Positions 41,665 to 50,221 are shown, numbered from the stretch's first letter. The stretch is 64,000 bases of DNA from an uncultured Chloroflexia bacterium (GCA_963780865.1 CAWADT010000006.1:20858-84857), one strand, 5' to 3'. A program made the numbers and translations. Notes: generated from the sequence alone by a model not told the origin.

Positions 41665-42161
41665 ATGGACTTTCATCAAATATTAATTTATCTCAATGGG
41701 TTATTCTTTCTTGTAGCGGCATTATTCCAATTTTATCTTTTGCTGCGAGGCAGAGTTTTTTAATTAGATTAAGTATTCTTTTTTTACTTTGTTGTTTCCT
41801 AAATTCATGGATTATTCTATTGGATCTATCCTCATCTCGGGGTTTTGATTTATATGAAGGTCTCCTATTATGCCTACTTATTTTCATATTTATTGTTGTC
41901 CTCTTGGACGAAAGACAACGGAGAATATTCTTTGGGATTAGTCTAAATCATTTTATGTTGGCAATTAATGATTACCTAAATAAGAACGATTTGAAATATA
42001 AAAAAGAATCATTGACGATTATATCTATTAATAATCCCCTAATAGTATTTGATCTCAAGCCTATTCTAGGAAACCTTGGAACAATGATATCACGAAGAAT
42101 GGATAAGAATATAAAGGAGGATTCAAATTACAACCATTATTTTCCAATAGAATCTGATTAA
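41665..42161 (+). CDS. small polytopic membrane protein, candidate immunity protein; probably needs a 1-nt correction in a T6 run
   Basis: ATG 41665 gives MDFHQILIYLNGLFFLVAALFQFYLLLRGRVF*. A shift in TTTTTT (41756-41761) continues as LIRLSILFLLCCFLNSWIILLDLSS...LLLCLLIFIFIVVLL (ORF 41820-42161). Confidence 0.4.
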
Positions 42162-42171
42162 GAATATTAAA

Positions 42172-42273
42172 ATGAATTGGCCTAGCAAAATATCCATATT
42201 CTTGCTCTTTTGTATTTTTTCTCTGCTTCTATATATATTTTTAATTTCAAATGGAATTCACATTTCGTTTTGA
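42172..42273 (+). CDS. 33-aa hydrophobic peptide (speculative)
   Basis: MNWPSKISIFLLFCIFSLLLYIFLISNGIHISF. A single TM-length segment, too short to score. Confidence 0.2.
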   Translation: MNWPSKISIFLLFCIFSLLLYIFLISNGIHISF

Positions 42274-42295
42274 CATTTATTGAGGAGGAAAAAAA

Positions 42296-42925
42296 ATGGA
42301 AAACCAATCTTATAAATTATCGAAGCGGGCCGAGGGCTATTTTTCTACCATAAAAGAAAAGATGATGGAATTGAATGAGAAGATGGAATCCAATTTACTA
42401 TTAGTGAAAGATGAAAACCAATATGTACATATTGTTATTAATGGTAAGCAAAGAATTCAATCAATGGTAATTTCGGATTTATTACTAAATTCAAAAGATA
42501 AGCAAGAAGTTTGTCGATATCTTCTCGGAATAATCAATTCCGCAATACAAAAATCCAATTTTGATAACCTAATAAATGCGCAAAAAACTATTTCGGTTAA
42601 AGAATATCATGAAATGATTAATCAGGAAAAACAATCTATAACTGAAACAATAAAGGGAATGGAGAAGTCATTTCAGGCGGAATTGAATGAATTAGCATAT
42701 ATTAAGAAACATACGATTTCGGACGCCGGAAATATATCAGTGGTGATGTCTGGATTGCAGCAAATACAATTATTGGAAATTGATCCTCTCTATATTACGA
42801 GTGAAAACAAAAATAAGTTAATAAATGAAATTATTGAGGTTGTTAATAAAGCCACGATTGAAATTCAAAAAGAAGCTATTGATAAAATAAAGCAACAAGA
42901 TAATGAGTTATTACAATTATATTGA
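42296..42925 (+). CDS. protein made of two tandem YbaB/EbfC-like domains
   Basis: Domain 1: IKEKMMELNEKM...ENQYVHIVINGKQRIQSMVISDLLLNSKDKQEVCRYLLGIINSAIQKS. Domain 2: ISDAGNISVVMSGLQQIQLLEIDPLYITSENKNKLINEIIEVVNKATIEIQKE. Both follow the E. coli YbaB pattern G.V.V..NG......v.IDP.ll..d...LedLi..A.N.A. RBS GAGGAGGA. Confidence 0.6.
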   Translation: MENQSYKLSKRAEGYFSTIKEKMMELNEKMESNLLLVKDENQYVHIVINGKQRIQSMVISDLLLNSKDKQEVCRYLLGIINSAIQKSNFDNLINAQKTISVKEYHEMINQEKQSITETIKGMEKSFQAELNELAYIKKHTISDAGNISVVMSGLQQIQLLEIDPLYITSENKNKLINEIIEVVNKATIEIQKEAIDKIKQQDNELLQLY

Positions 42926-42997
42926 TATAATTAATTAATGAAAAACATTTAGTGATTAATTGCAATCTCCGATAGCAATATTATCAATAAATCCTGT

Positions 42998-43918
42998 TTA
43001 CACCGCTTTTCCAATCAGCTCGCGTATCGATTTCACCCCATGTTTCAGTAAATATTGTTGCATTCCCTTCGCCGTCGTTTCAAACACGTTCGGCTGACGG
43101 AACATCGCCGTTCCGATCCCGACGCAGGTTGCGCCAGCCAGGATGAGCTCAAGCGCCTCCTCCGCGTTCGTCACTCCGCCCAGGCCGACGATGGGGATGT
43201 TGTTTTTCTTGCAGCAGGAGGTGTAGCATTTGTACACCGCGTACACGGCCACAGGGTGAATGCCTATCCCGCTCAAGCCTCCGATCCGGTTTCCAAGCGC
43301 CGGTTTCTGCGTCTCCACGTCGATCGCCATGCCGCGCAGCGTGTTGATCACGCACAACGCGCCCGCCCCGCCGCGGATCGCCGCCTGGGCGATCGCGGCG
43401 ATGTCGGTAACGTTCGGCGTCAGCTTCACGATCAGCGTCTTCCCCAGCACCACCTTGCGGACCCGCGCGACGAGATCCTCGAGCACCGCTTCATCGCAGC
43501 CGAATTCGATCCCGCCCTTTTCAAGGTTCGGACACGATACATTGAGCTCAATCGCATGGATTTCCTCGCGCGGGGCGAGGATTTCCGCGCACTGGACGTA
43601 TTCGTCGATTTCGGATCCGGAGACGCTCGCGATTACGGGAACCTCGAGCTTCCGCAGCTTGGGGATTTCCTCCGCCACGAAAGCGGCGATGCCCGGGTTC
43701 TGTATCCCGATCGCGTTAAGCATCCCGGCCCGCGTTTCGACGATGCGCGGTTCCGGATTGCCCGCCCGCGGATGGAGCGAGACGCTTTTGAGCACGGCCG
43801 CGCCCATCCAGGGGCGGCTCGCGGCGAGCGCTTCATAGTCCAGGCCGTAGACGCCCGACGCCGAGAGCAGCGGGGTCTCCAGACGCAGCGATCCGAGACG
43901 GGTTTCTAATCCTTCCAT
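42998..43918 (-). CDS. pyrD: dihydroorotate dehydrogenase (class 1B) catalytic subunit
   Basis: Start at ATG 43918 (MEGLETRLGSLRLETPLLSASG). NAIGIQNPG, ELNVSCPN, GGLSGIGIHPVA. Confidence 0.9.
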   Translation of the reverse strand: MEGLETRLGSLRLETPLLSASGVYGLDYEALAASRPWMGAAVLKSVSLHPRAGNPEPRIVETRAGMLNAIGIQNPGIAAFVAEEIPKLRKLEVPVIASVSGSEIDEYVQCAEILAPREEIHAIELNVSCPNLEKGGIEFGCDEAVLEDLVARVRKVVLGKTLIVKLTPNVTDIAAIAQAAIRGGAGALCVINTLRGMAIDVETQKPALGNRIGGLSGIGIHPVAVYAVYKCYTSCCKKNNIPIVGLGGVTNAEEALELILAGATCVGIGTAMFRQPNVFETTAKGMQQYLLKHGVKSIRELIGKAV

Positions 43919-44889
43919 GGGATGTCCCTCGCTTCGAAGACCGGCCCTTCTCGGCAGACCCGCTTGCGGGAAATTGTGCCGTCCGGCCCGATCACCCGGG
44001 TGGTGCAGGAGTAACAGGAGCCCACTCCGCACGCCATGCGTTTCTCGAGCGTAACTTGGCAGTCCAGGGAATGGCGCGCGGTAATTTCCGCAACCGCGCG
44101 CAGCATTCCCTCCGGTCCGCAGGCGTACAGGCAAACGCTTTCGCGCGGAACGCAACCGTCGCGGAGGCCCTGCTCAAGCATTTCGGTGACGAGGCCCTTC
44201 TCTCCAAGCGACCCGTCGTCGGTGCATACGGTCAGCACCCGGGCGCCGATCTCGTCGAATTCCGAGTGGATTGCGTCGTAGAGAGCCTGATCCTCAACCT
44301 GGCCTCCCATTTCCGAATTGCTGGGCGTCGAGCTGACCGCCAGGCTGAGCATTTCTTTTTTCACCGCGCCAAGGTAGATCAGGACTTCCTTGCCGTGCTG
44401 CCGCAGCCGCTCCGCGAGCGCCGCCAGCGGCGCAACGCCTATGCCGCCCGCGACGATCACGGCTGTGCGGGCCGCGCCGATGGCAAATCCGTTTCCGCAC
44501 GGACCGATCGCGCGGAGGACCGCTCCCCGGCGGGTGCGGCTCAGGATGTCCGTTCCTTCGCCTGCCACCCGGTATAGAAAATCGATCCGGGCGGGATGAC
44601 GGGCGATCGCTTGGCGCAGCTCCTCCGGCAAATCCTCGGCCTGGGCGAGCGCCGCGCGGTGAAAATGGGGATACTCCGCGCGATGAATGCTGAGCGGCCG
44701 CCTCAGGGTCAGCGGGTAGGCGCGCGGTTTCCCAACCTCCGGATCGCACAGGACGTGAAAAAACTGGCCCGGAAGAAAATCCAACTGCGCGGCTTTTGGA
44801 AGCTCCAATTCGATGAGGAAATGCCCCTCGCAGATTTTTCTGTTTTGCACGACCTTGAGTTTGAGGTCGCGGATCGGCGAAGCGTTTAT
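43906..44889 (-). CDS. pyrK: dihydroorotate dehydrogenase electron-transfer subunit; start uncertain
   Basis: RRPLSI, GPCGNGF, VAGGIGVAP, and C-terminal 2Fe-2S MACGVGSCYSC. The ORF stays open to 45189, but homology begins near IRDLKLKVVQNRKI (about 44880). No canonical start codon is nearby except GTG at 44850. Confidence 0.8.
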   Translation of the reverse strand: MNASPIRDLKLKVVQNRKICEGHFLIELELPKAAQLDFLPGQFFHVLCDPEVGKPRAYPLTLRRPLSIHRAEYPHFHRAALAQAEDLPEELRQAIARHPARIDFLYRVAGEGTDILSRTRRGAVLRAIGPCGNGFAIGAARTAVIVAGGIGVAPLAALAERLRQHGKEVLIYLGAVKKEMLSLAVSSTPSNSEMGGQVEDQALYDAIHSEFDEIGARVLTVCTDDGSLGEKGLVTEMLEQGLRDGCVPRESVCLYACGPEGMLRAVAEITARHSLDCQVTLEKRMACGVGSCYSCTTRVIGPDGTISRKRVCREGPVFEARDIPWKD

Positions 44890-44911
44890 CCACGCGTCGG
44901 CGGGGCGGCCT

Positions 44912-45424
44912 TCAAGGAAATCGCCGATACGGTGCGAAGGGCCTGGGAAGATCGGCGTCCGGAGCGGTATCTCTATGACGCCACGCGCAAAAGCGGCGTT
45001 CCAATTCAAGATAGGAAAGGCCGCCCCATTCGGAAACGGTTCCGTCGCGTCCCAGACTCGCAATTCGAATTTCGGTTTTTCCAAATGTGAAACCGACGCT
45101 CCGTTTTGCAGACGTCTTCCAGGCGATTTTTCCGGGAATGTTTTGCGAAGAGCGGACGGAATAACCAAGCGCTTTGCCCCACTCGCCAAGCAGGGCGGCG
45201 GTCCGTTTCCGCCGGTGGCGCAGAATTTCCGCCACCGTAAGGCTTTGGCGAATGGCGGATACGTCCTCCACCGTCAGGCCGTCTTGGCTAAGACGTTCGA
45301 CCGCCAGATGGCGGGCGGCGGCTATGTCGTCCGGGCTCCCCGCCGCGAGCGATTCCGCGTCGAGGACGATCCGGCGCCAATCTCTCTGGGATGTCCCTTC
45401 GCCCGGCAGTCTTGCCTTTTCCTT
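44912..45424 (-). CDS. unresolved open frame between the methyltransferase and pyrK; possibly the methyltransferase C-terminus after a frame slip
   Basis: A frame open for 171 codons reads KEKARLPGEGTSQRDWRRIVLDAESLAAGSPDDIAAARHLAVERLSQDGLTVEDV...GKALGYSVRSSQNIPGKIAWKTSAKRSVGFTFGKTEIRI. No family recognised. It begins at the A4GGA4GG tract where the methyltransferase frame turns to nonsense-like sequence. Confidence 0.3.
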   Translation of the reverse strand, partial: KEKARLPGEGTSQRDWRRIVLDAESLAAGSPDDIAAARHLAVERLSQDGLTVEDVSAIRQSLTVAEILRHRRKRTAALLGEWGKALGYSVRSSQNIPGKIAWKTSAKRSVGFTFGKTEIRIASLGRDGTVSEWGGLSYLELERRFCAWRHRDTAPDADLPRPFAPYRRFP

Positions 45425-47016
45425 TTAATGAACGCTAGCTTGTCGTTCCGATAGCGCGCGAAGGGGGCGGCTGCGGGAAGGAGAATTTCATCGATCGGAG
45501 ATTCCGGAAGGGCGGCAATTTCTTCCCGATCGAGCCGTTGGTAAAAAGACCGCAGGATTTTATCGGCCGTGATCTTATTGCCATAGAGGCCGAACAATTC
45601 GCGTGCCGCGGCGGCCGCCTTTTTATGGAGCCTTTCCGCAGGAACTCCTATGACCGGCCCCGTTTGTTTTTTAATTACCGGCGCGCGCACCACGTATCCG
45701 CTGTTTTGCGATCCGTTGCCACCCGTCCCTGGCTGGTAGTGGATGTGTTCCGCCGCCAATCCGCCGCTCGCAAGGATGCCCAGGAACTGCGGAAAAAATT
45801 TTCCGCCGGAGTTTGCGCAGAAAAAATGCGCGCAGCTTCCTTCCTTGGCGACGCGGTGGAGCGCGCGTACAACGATGGACATCCGCTCGCGGTATTGATC
45901 GACGCTCCGGCCGCTTTCCGGGGCAATGACAATTTCCCGGCTGTGATCGAATTCCATCTTCAGCCAGGCCGCCTGGATGGCCGGCAGGAGGAACATGTCT
46001 CCGGGGGCTTCGAACGGCGGTTCCGTCAACACATAGTCGATGGAATTCTCGGGTAGTTCACAAATCAACGCATCCTCGGCGGATTTCCCCAGGATCACCA
46101 CGCTGGCCTGCCGCGATTCCAGCTCTCCATAACCGTAGCCAATCGTGGCGCGGTTTAAAACGGAATTGCTTTCCTTTTTTCCGTCGTAAATTCTTTGGAA
46201 GCTCCCGGCAAACGCGTCCCAGGGGTTTGCCACCGTGCATTTTTGCACCCCGCTTCGCCGGACCGATTGTTTTTCCTTCGCACGGCCCCGCGCAGCGGCG
46301 GTCGCCCGAGGAAGCAGCGGAAAGGGGCAATGGCATGCGGCCAAAGAGGAAGCGAAGGCTGATTTCATCGCATCCCGGACGGAAGGTTCGGTGATATTGT
46401 TGATCGAATTTAAAATGATGGAGAACGCGGCAACCGTCCGGCGGCGAAGAAAATCAGCGGGATACCCCCAGCTTGCGTCCGGATTCACCGGTAGGGGTAG
46501 GCGGGTCGGATGCCAGAAGGGGATGTCCGTGTCCGCGTTCTCCACTTCCACCCGCCGGTCGCCCGCATCGGGTGTTTTCGAAAGCCTTGCCGGGGAACAG
46601 GGGCAGGAATAATCCAACCGGGTTAGTTTCCCGTTTTCCCGGTGAAGGACATGCACGATGCCTTTTTTACCGCATTTCGGGCAGGTTGTCGCGAACAGTT
46701 CGGAGATCACGTCCCGGCAAGTTTCGCGGAGGTCCTCGTAAGCCCATTGCAGCCTCGGGAGGCTGACGGGAGTGAAAACTACTTCGGTGAAAAAGGATGC
46801 CAGGGGACTGGGATCAGTCGTCACCGCCCGGCGGCCCAAGCGCAAGGCTTCGATGGCCGTGGTTCCGTTGCCGCCGAATGGATCGAGGACGACGTCGCCT
46901 TCGTTGGTGTATGCGCGGATGAGTTCCGCGGCCACCGCTGGGGGCAGGTTTCCGCCGCGGGGATGCATCGCTTGGATCGGGTCGCTGCCGGCGCCGGCCG
47001 GCAAATCAGATTCCAT
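45322..47016 (-). CDS. Zn-ribbon-containing N6/N4 DNA methyltransferase-like protein with permuted motif order (AdoMet motif first, then xPPF)
   Basis: HPRGGNLPPAVAAELIRAYTNEGDVVLDPFGGNGTTAIEALRLGRR (motifs X-I), CPKCGKKG...CPC (Zn ribbon), IDYVLTEPPF (motif IV-like, with E instead of D/N/S). Confidence 0.7.
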   Translation of the reverse strand: MESDLPAGAGSDPIQAMHPRGGNLPPAVAAELIRAYTNEGDVVLDPFGGNGTTAIEALRLGRRAVTTDPSPLASFFTEVVFTPVSLPRLQWAYEDLRETCRDVISELFATTCPKCGKKGIVHVLHRENGKLTRLDYSCPCSPARLSKTPDAGDRRVEVENADTDIPFWHPTRLPLPVNPDASWGYPADFLRRRTVAAFSIILNSINNITEPSVRDAMKSAFASSLAACHCPFPLLPRATAAARGRAKEKQSVRRSGVQKCTVANPWDAFAGSFQRIYDGKKESNSVLNRATIGYGYGELESRQASVVILGKSAEDALICELPENSIDYVLTEPPFEAPGDMFLLPAIQAAWLKMEFDHSREIVIAPESGRSVDQYRERMSIVVRALHRVAKEGSCAHFFCANSGGKFFPQFLGILASGGLAAEHIHYQPGTGGNGSQNSGYVVRAPVIKKQTGPVIGVPAERLHKKAAAAARELFGLYGNKITADKILRSFYQRLDREEIAALPESPIDEILLPAAAPFARYRNDKLAFIKRKRQDCRAKGHPREIGAGSSSTRNRSRRGARTT

Positions 47017-47387
47017 TTTGCAGGGTGCGAAGGATCCTGGTCATTGGCGTTTTCCGGACCGTCGCGCGTGGTGATGGTCTATTTCGCCCGCCCGCGAGTC
47101 CGTGAATGGCAGACATTGTTGTGAATCAATGGGATATTCGATGGTTATATTATTGAGTGAAGGGAAGAAGAATAAAGGTGCGCTCATACTCCAGGCCGAT
47201 TACGAACCATTGCAATTTCCCGCAATCGTAAAAAGCCGCTCGCTCCGGTCTTCCTCGCGATTATATCAGGTCCAAGACTTGCCCAAGATAATATTGTGGT
47301 TTTTATAGGGTAATTCGACGATTTCAATACTTTTGCCTCTAACAGGCTGCTGAAAAACGTTGATTTTGTTTTGGGCATCCACGCCCG

Positions 47388-47440
47388 CCCCCCTTTCATC
47401 CCCCCATTTTCCATTGGAAAATGGGGGGATGAAAGGGGGG
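47388..47440. repeat. long perfect-stem hairpin cccccctttcatccccccattttcc / ggaaaatggggggatgaaagggggg
   Basis: Read directly from the sequence. Flanked by a second inverted pair (caggctgctgaaaaacg at about 47343-47359, gtttttcaacaacctgc at about 47481-47497), giving a roughly 150-bp MITE-like unit. Confidence 0.6.
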
Positions 47441-47543
47441 ATGGTTTCCCACAGGGAAGATAACACCAGCATGAATTGAGTTTTTCAACAACCTGCTAAA
47501 ACAATCGAAAAACTGGCTCTTGACAAAACGCCATATTATTTAT

Positions 47544-47577
47544 AAGATACTATCACGATATATCGTGATAGTATCTT
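47544..47577. promoter_or_regulatory. perfect 34-bp palindrome, candidate PadR operator, with TTGACA at 47520-47525
   Basis: aagatactatcacgata|tatcgtgatagtatctt ends 4 nt upstream of the RBS (AAGGAGG) and 15 nt upstream of the TTG start of the PadR gene. Confidence 0.5.
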
Positions 47578-47591
47578 GAAAAGGAGGTAGC

Positions 47592-48080
47592 TTGAGTCGA
47601 TATTCGCATTTCGGGAAGGAAAGCCATTTCGGAAAGGGGGACATCAAATACGTCGTGCTGGACCTGCTGCGCGAAAAGCCTTCCTACGGCTACGAGATCA
47701 TCCGCGCTTTGGAGGAGAGGTTCGGGGGACTCTACACTCCCAGCGCGGGGACCGTTTATCCGACGCTTCAGATGCTGGAGGAAATGGGGTACGTTACCTC
47801 CAACCAGTCGGACGGAAAGAAAAACTACACCATCACGCCCGAGGGAATCCATTTCCTGGAGGAACAGAAAAGCCAACTGGCGGACGTGCGCGAACGGATG
47901 CACGGCTGGTGGGACCGGCGAACCGCGTCGGAAGAGGTGCACGAGGTTTTGGATATGTCGAAGAATTTGCGAAAACTGATTAAGCAACGCCGCCGGGCCA
48001 TCAGCCCGGCGAAATGGCAGCAAATCCGGACGGTGCTCGAACGCGCCTACCGGGAAATCGAAGTTCTGTTGAACGACTAA
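47592..48080 (+). CDS. PadR family transcriptional regulator
   Basis: YVVLDLLREKPSYGYEIIRALEERFGGLYTPSAGTVYPTLQMLEEMGYV, a winged-helix PadR signature. Confidence 0.85.
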   Translation: MSRYSHFGKESHFGKGDIKYVVLDLLREKPSYGYEIIRALEERFGGLYTPSAGTVYPTLQMLEEMGYVTSNQSDGKKNYTITPEGIHFLEEQKSQLADVRERMHGWWDRRTASEEVHEVLDMSKNLRKLIKQRRRAISPAKWQQIRTVLERAYREIEVLLND

Positions 48081-48150
48081 CCCTCGTCGCAAAAACTTCA
48101 TCGAGAAAATTCGATCGACAGCCGATCAAAAGGATTCGGAGGTTACCTTC

Positions 48151-49074
48151 ATGTCTGCAATCGAAGTTCGCGATCTGAAAAAGAGTTACGGCGCCACCCG
48201 CGCCGTCGACGGGGTGAGCTTTGCCGTCGGGCGGGGGGAAATCTTCGGGATGCTCGGCCCCAATGGCGCCGGCAAGAGCACCACGACCGAAATCCTGGAG
48301 GGCCTGCGCCCGCCCAATTCCGGATCGGTTCAGGTGTTGGGGCTGGACGTCGCCCGCGAGCCGAAAAAGATCAAGGAGCGCATCGGGGTGCAGCTCCAGA
48401 CGACGGCGCTCTATCCGCGGCTGACCATACGCGAAGTGCTCGATCTATTCGCCACTTTTTACCGCGGGGAAAAGCGCAGCACCGACGAGCTGATCGGGAT
48501 GATGAACCTGGGCGAGAAACAAAATACCCAGAGCAAGGACCTTTCCGGCGGCCAGCGGCAACGGCTCTCGGTGGCCCTCGCGCTGATCAACAAACCGGAA
48601 ATCCTCTTTCTCGACGAGCCGACGACCGGGCTGGATCCGCAGGCGCGCCGCAGCCTGTGGGAGGTGATCCGCACGGTCAACCGCGAAGGGACGACGGTGT
48701 TCATCACCACCCACTACATGGACGAGGCGCAAACGCTCTGCCAGCGCGTGGCCGTCGTCGACGGCGGGCGGATCATCGCGCAAGGTTCCCCGCAGGAATT
48801 GATCCATCAATCGTTCCGGGAAACCGCGATCGAGTTCGATCAGAAAGGCTCCAAGGCGCCGGAGGGCACCTTCCGCAGCCTCTCGGGCGTCACCCGCCCG
48901 GCGATCCGCGAGAACGGCCACGTCACGATCTACACCGACAACGCAACCCTGACCCTCGGCGGCCTGACGGATCTGGCGGAAGCCGGCACGATCCACTTCG
49001 ACGACCTCCACCTGCGCCGCGCGACGCTCGAGGACGTGTTTCTCAAATTAACCGGAAAACGCATTCGGGAGTGA
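48151..49074 (+). CDS. ABC-2 type transporter ATP-binding protein
   Basis: GPNGAGKSTT, LSGGQRQRLSVALAL, LFLDEPTTGLD. Confidence 0.9.
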   Translation: MSAIEVRDLKKSYGATRAVDGVSFAVGRGEIFGMLGPNGAGKSTTTEILEGLRPPNSGSVQVLGLDVAREPKKIKERIGVQLQTTALYPRLTIREVLDLFATFYRGEKRSTDELIGMMNLGEKQNTQSKDLSGGQRQRLSVALALINKPEILFLDEPTTGLDPQARRSLWEVIRTVNREGTTVFITTHYMDEAQTLCQRVAVVDGGRIIAQGSPQELIHQSFRETAIEFDQKGSKAPEGTFRSLSGVTRPAIRENGHVTIYTDNATLTLGGLTDLAEAGTIHFDDLHLRRATLEDVFLKLTGKRIRE

Positions 49075-49078
49075 AGCC

Positions 49079-50164
49079 ATGAAAACTTTCTTTCAGCTCT
49101 ATCTTTCCAATCTGCGGGAATTCACGCGCAATCGGCTGGCGATGTTCTGGTCGGTCGCCTTCCCGGTCCTGTTCATCCTGCTGTTCGGAACAACCTTCAG
49201 CGGAAGCGGCAATACCACCTTCAACGTCGGCGTGGCGGTCGAAGACCCGGGAACCATCGGCACGGCGCTCGGGCAGGCGTTCGACGGAGTGCAGGCGTTT
49301 ACAGTGGCGCAAGGGACAAGCAACGAGCTCCTGGATAATCTCAAACAGGGAAAACTCAGCGCGGTGATCGTCGTTCCGGACGGCATCTCGGCTGCGGTGG
49401 CGGCCGGCAAACCCGCGAGCGTGGAAGTGCACTACGATCCATCGAACCAGACCACCTCACAGGTTGTGCTGACCATCGTTGAAAAAGTGGTCGGCGGTTT
49501 CCAGCAGTCGCTCATGCGCCAACCCGCGCTGCTCACCATCCAGCCTTTCACCACAACCGTTTCCTCGCTGCGCACGGTCGACTTTCTGCTGCCGGGGATT
49601 CTCGCCATGGCGCTGATGCAGCTCGGCGTGATGGCCACCGCGCCGCCGCTGGTGCAGTTGCGCGAGCAGCAGATCCTGCGCCGGCTTGGCGCCACGCCGC
49701 TTTCCCGGTCGATGCTGCTCTCGGCGCAGGTCTGCCTGCGGCTGACCATCGGCCTCACCCAAACCGTTTTGCTGATCCTGGTCGGCAGTCTGGTGTTTCA
49801 TGTTCATATCTTGGGAAACTGGTTCGTCCTGGCGGCGTTTGTGGTCCTCGGAGCTTTGATGTTCGTCTCCCTGGGTTATCTGATGTCGGGCCTGGCCAAA
49901 ACGCAGGACAGCATCATGGGACTCAGCCAGCTTGTCAATTTCCCCATGATGTTTCTTTCGGGGCTGTTCTTCCCGGTGGACATGATGCCGGGGTGGATCA
50001 AGCCCGTCATCAACGCCATGCCGCTCACTTACCTGGCCGACGGGTTGCGTCAAACCATGGTCGGCGCGATACCGCTGCATTCCTTGCAGGTCGACCTGAT
50101 CGTACTGGCTGCCTGGTTGGTGGTTTGCGCGGTCCTGGCGGTGCGGTTCTTCCGTTGGGAATAA
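49079..50164 (+). CDS. ABC-2 type transporter permease
   Basis: 361 aa. N-terminal TM, a large extracytoplasmic loop, then five TM segments. Immediately follows the ATPase gene. Confidence 0.85.
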   Translation: MKTFFQLYLSNLREFTRNRLAMFWSVAFPVLFILLFGTTFSGSGNTTFNVGVAVEDPGTIGTALGQAFDGVQAFTVAQGTSNELLDNLKQGKLSAVIVVPDGISAAVAAGKPASVEVHYDPSNQTTSQVVLTIVEKVVGGFQQSLMRQPALLTIQPFTTTVSSLRTVDFLLPGILAMALMQLGVMATAPPLVQLREQQILRRLGATPLSRSMLLSAQVCLRLTIGLTQTVLLILVGSLVFHVHILGNWFVLAAFVVLGALMFVSLGYLMSGLAKTQDSIMGLSQLVNFPMMFLSGLFFPVDMMPGWIKPVINAMPLTYLADGLRQTMVGAIPLHSLQVDLIVLAAWLVVCAVLAVRFFRWE

Positions 50165-50221
50165 GAGTACCAATCGGAAACTGAAAAGGTGACATAGGTA
50201 ATTTGCGTAAGGAGGAAAAAA

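Noticed and set aside
40010-42997. Calling this a complete type VII secretion system.
   Set aside because: Only candidate substrates and accessory genes are present. No FtsK/SpoIIIE-type ATPase, EssB/EsaA-like or EccB-E-like membrane components can be seen anywhere in the 64 kb.
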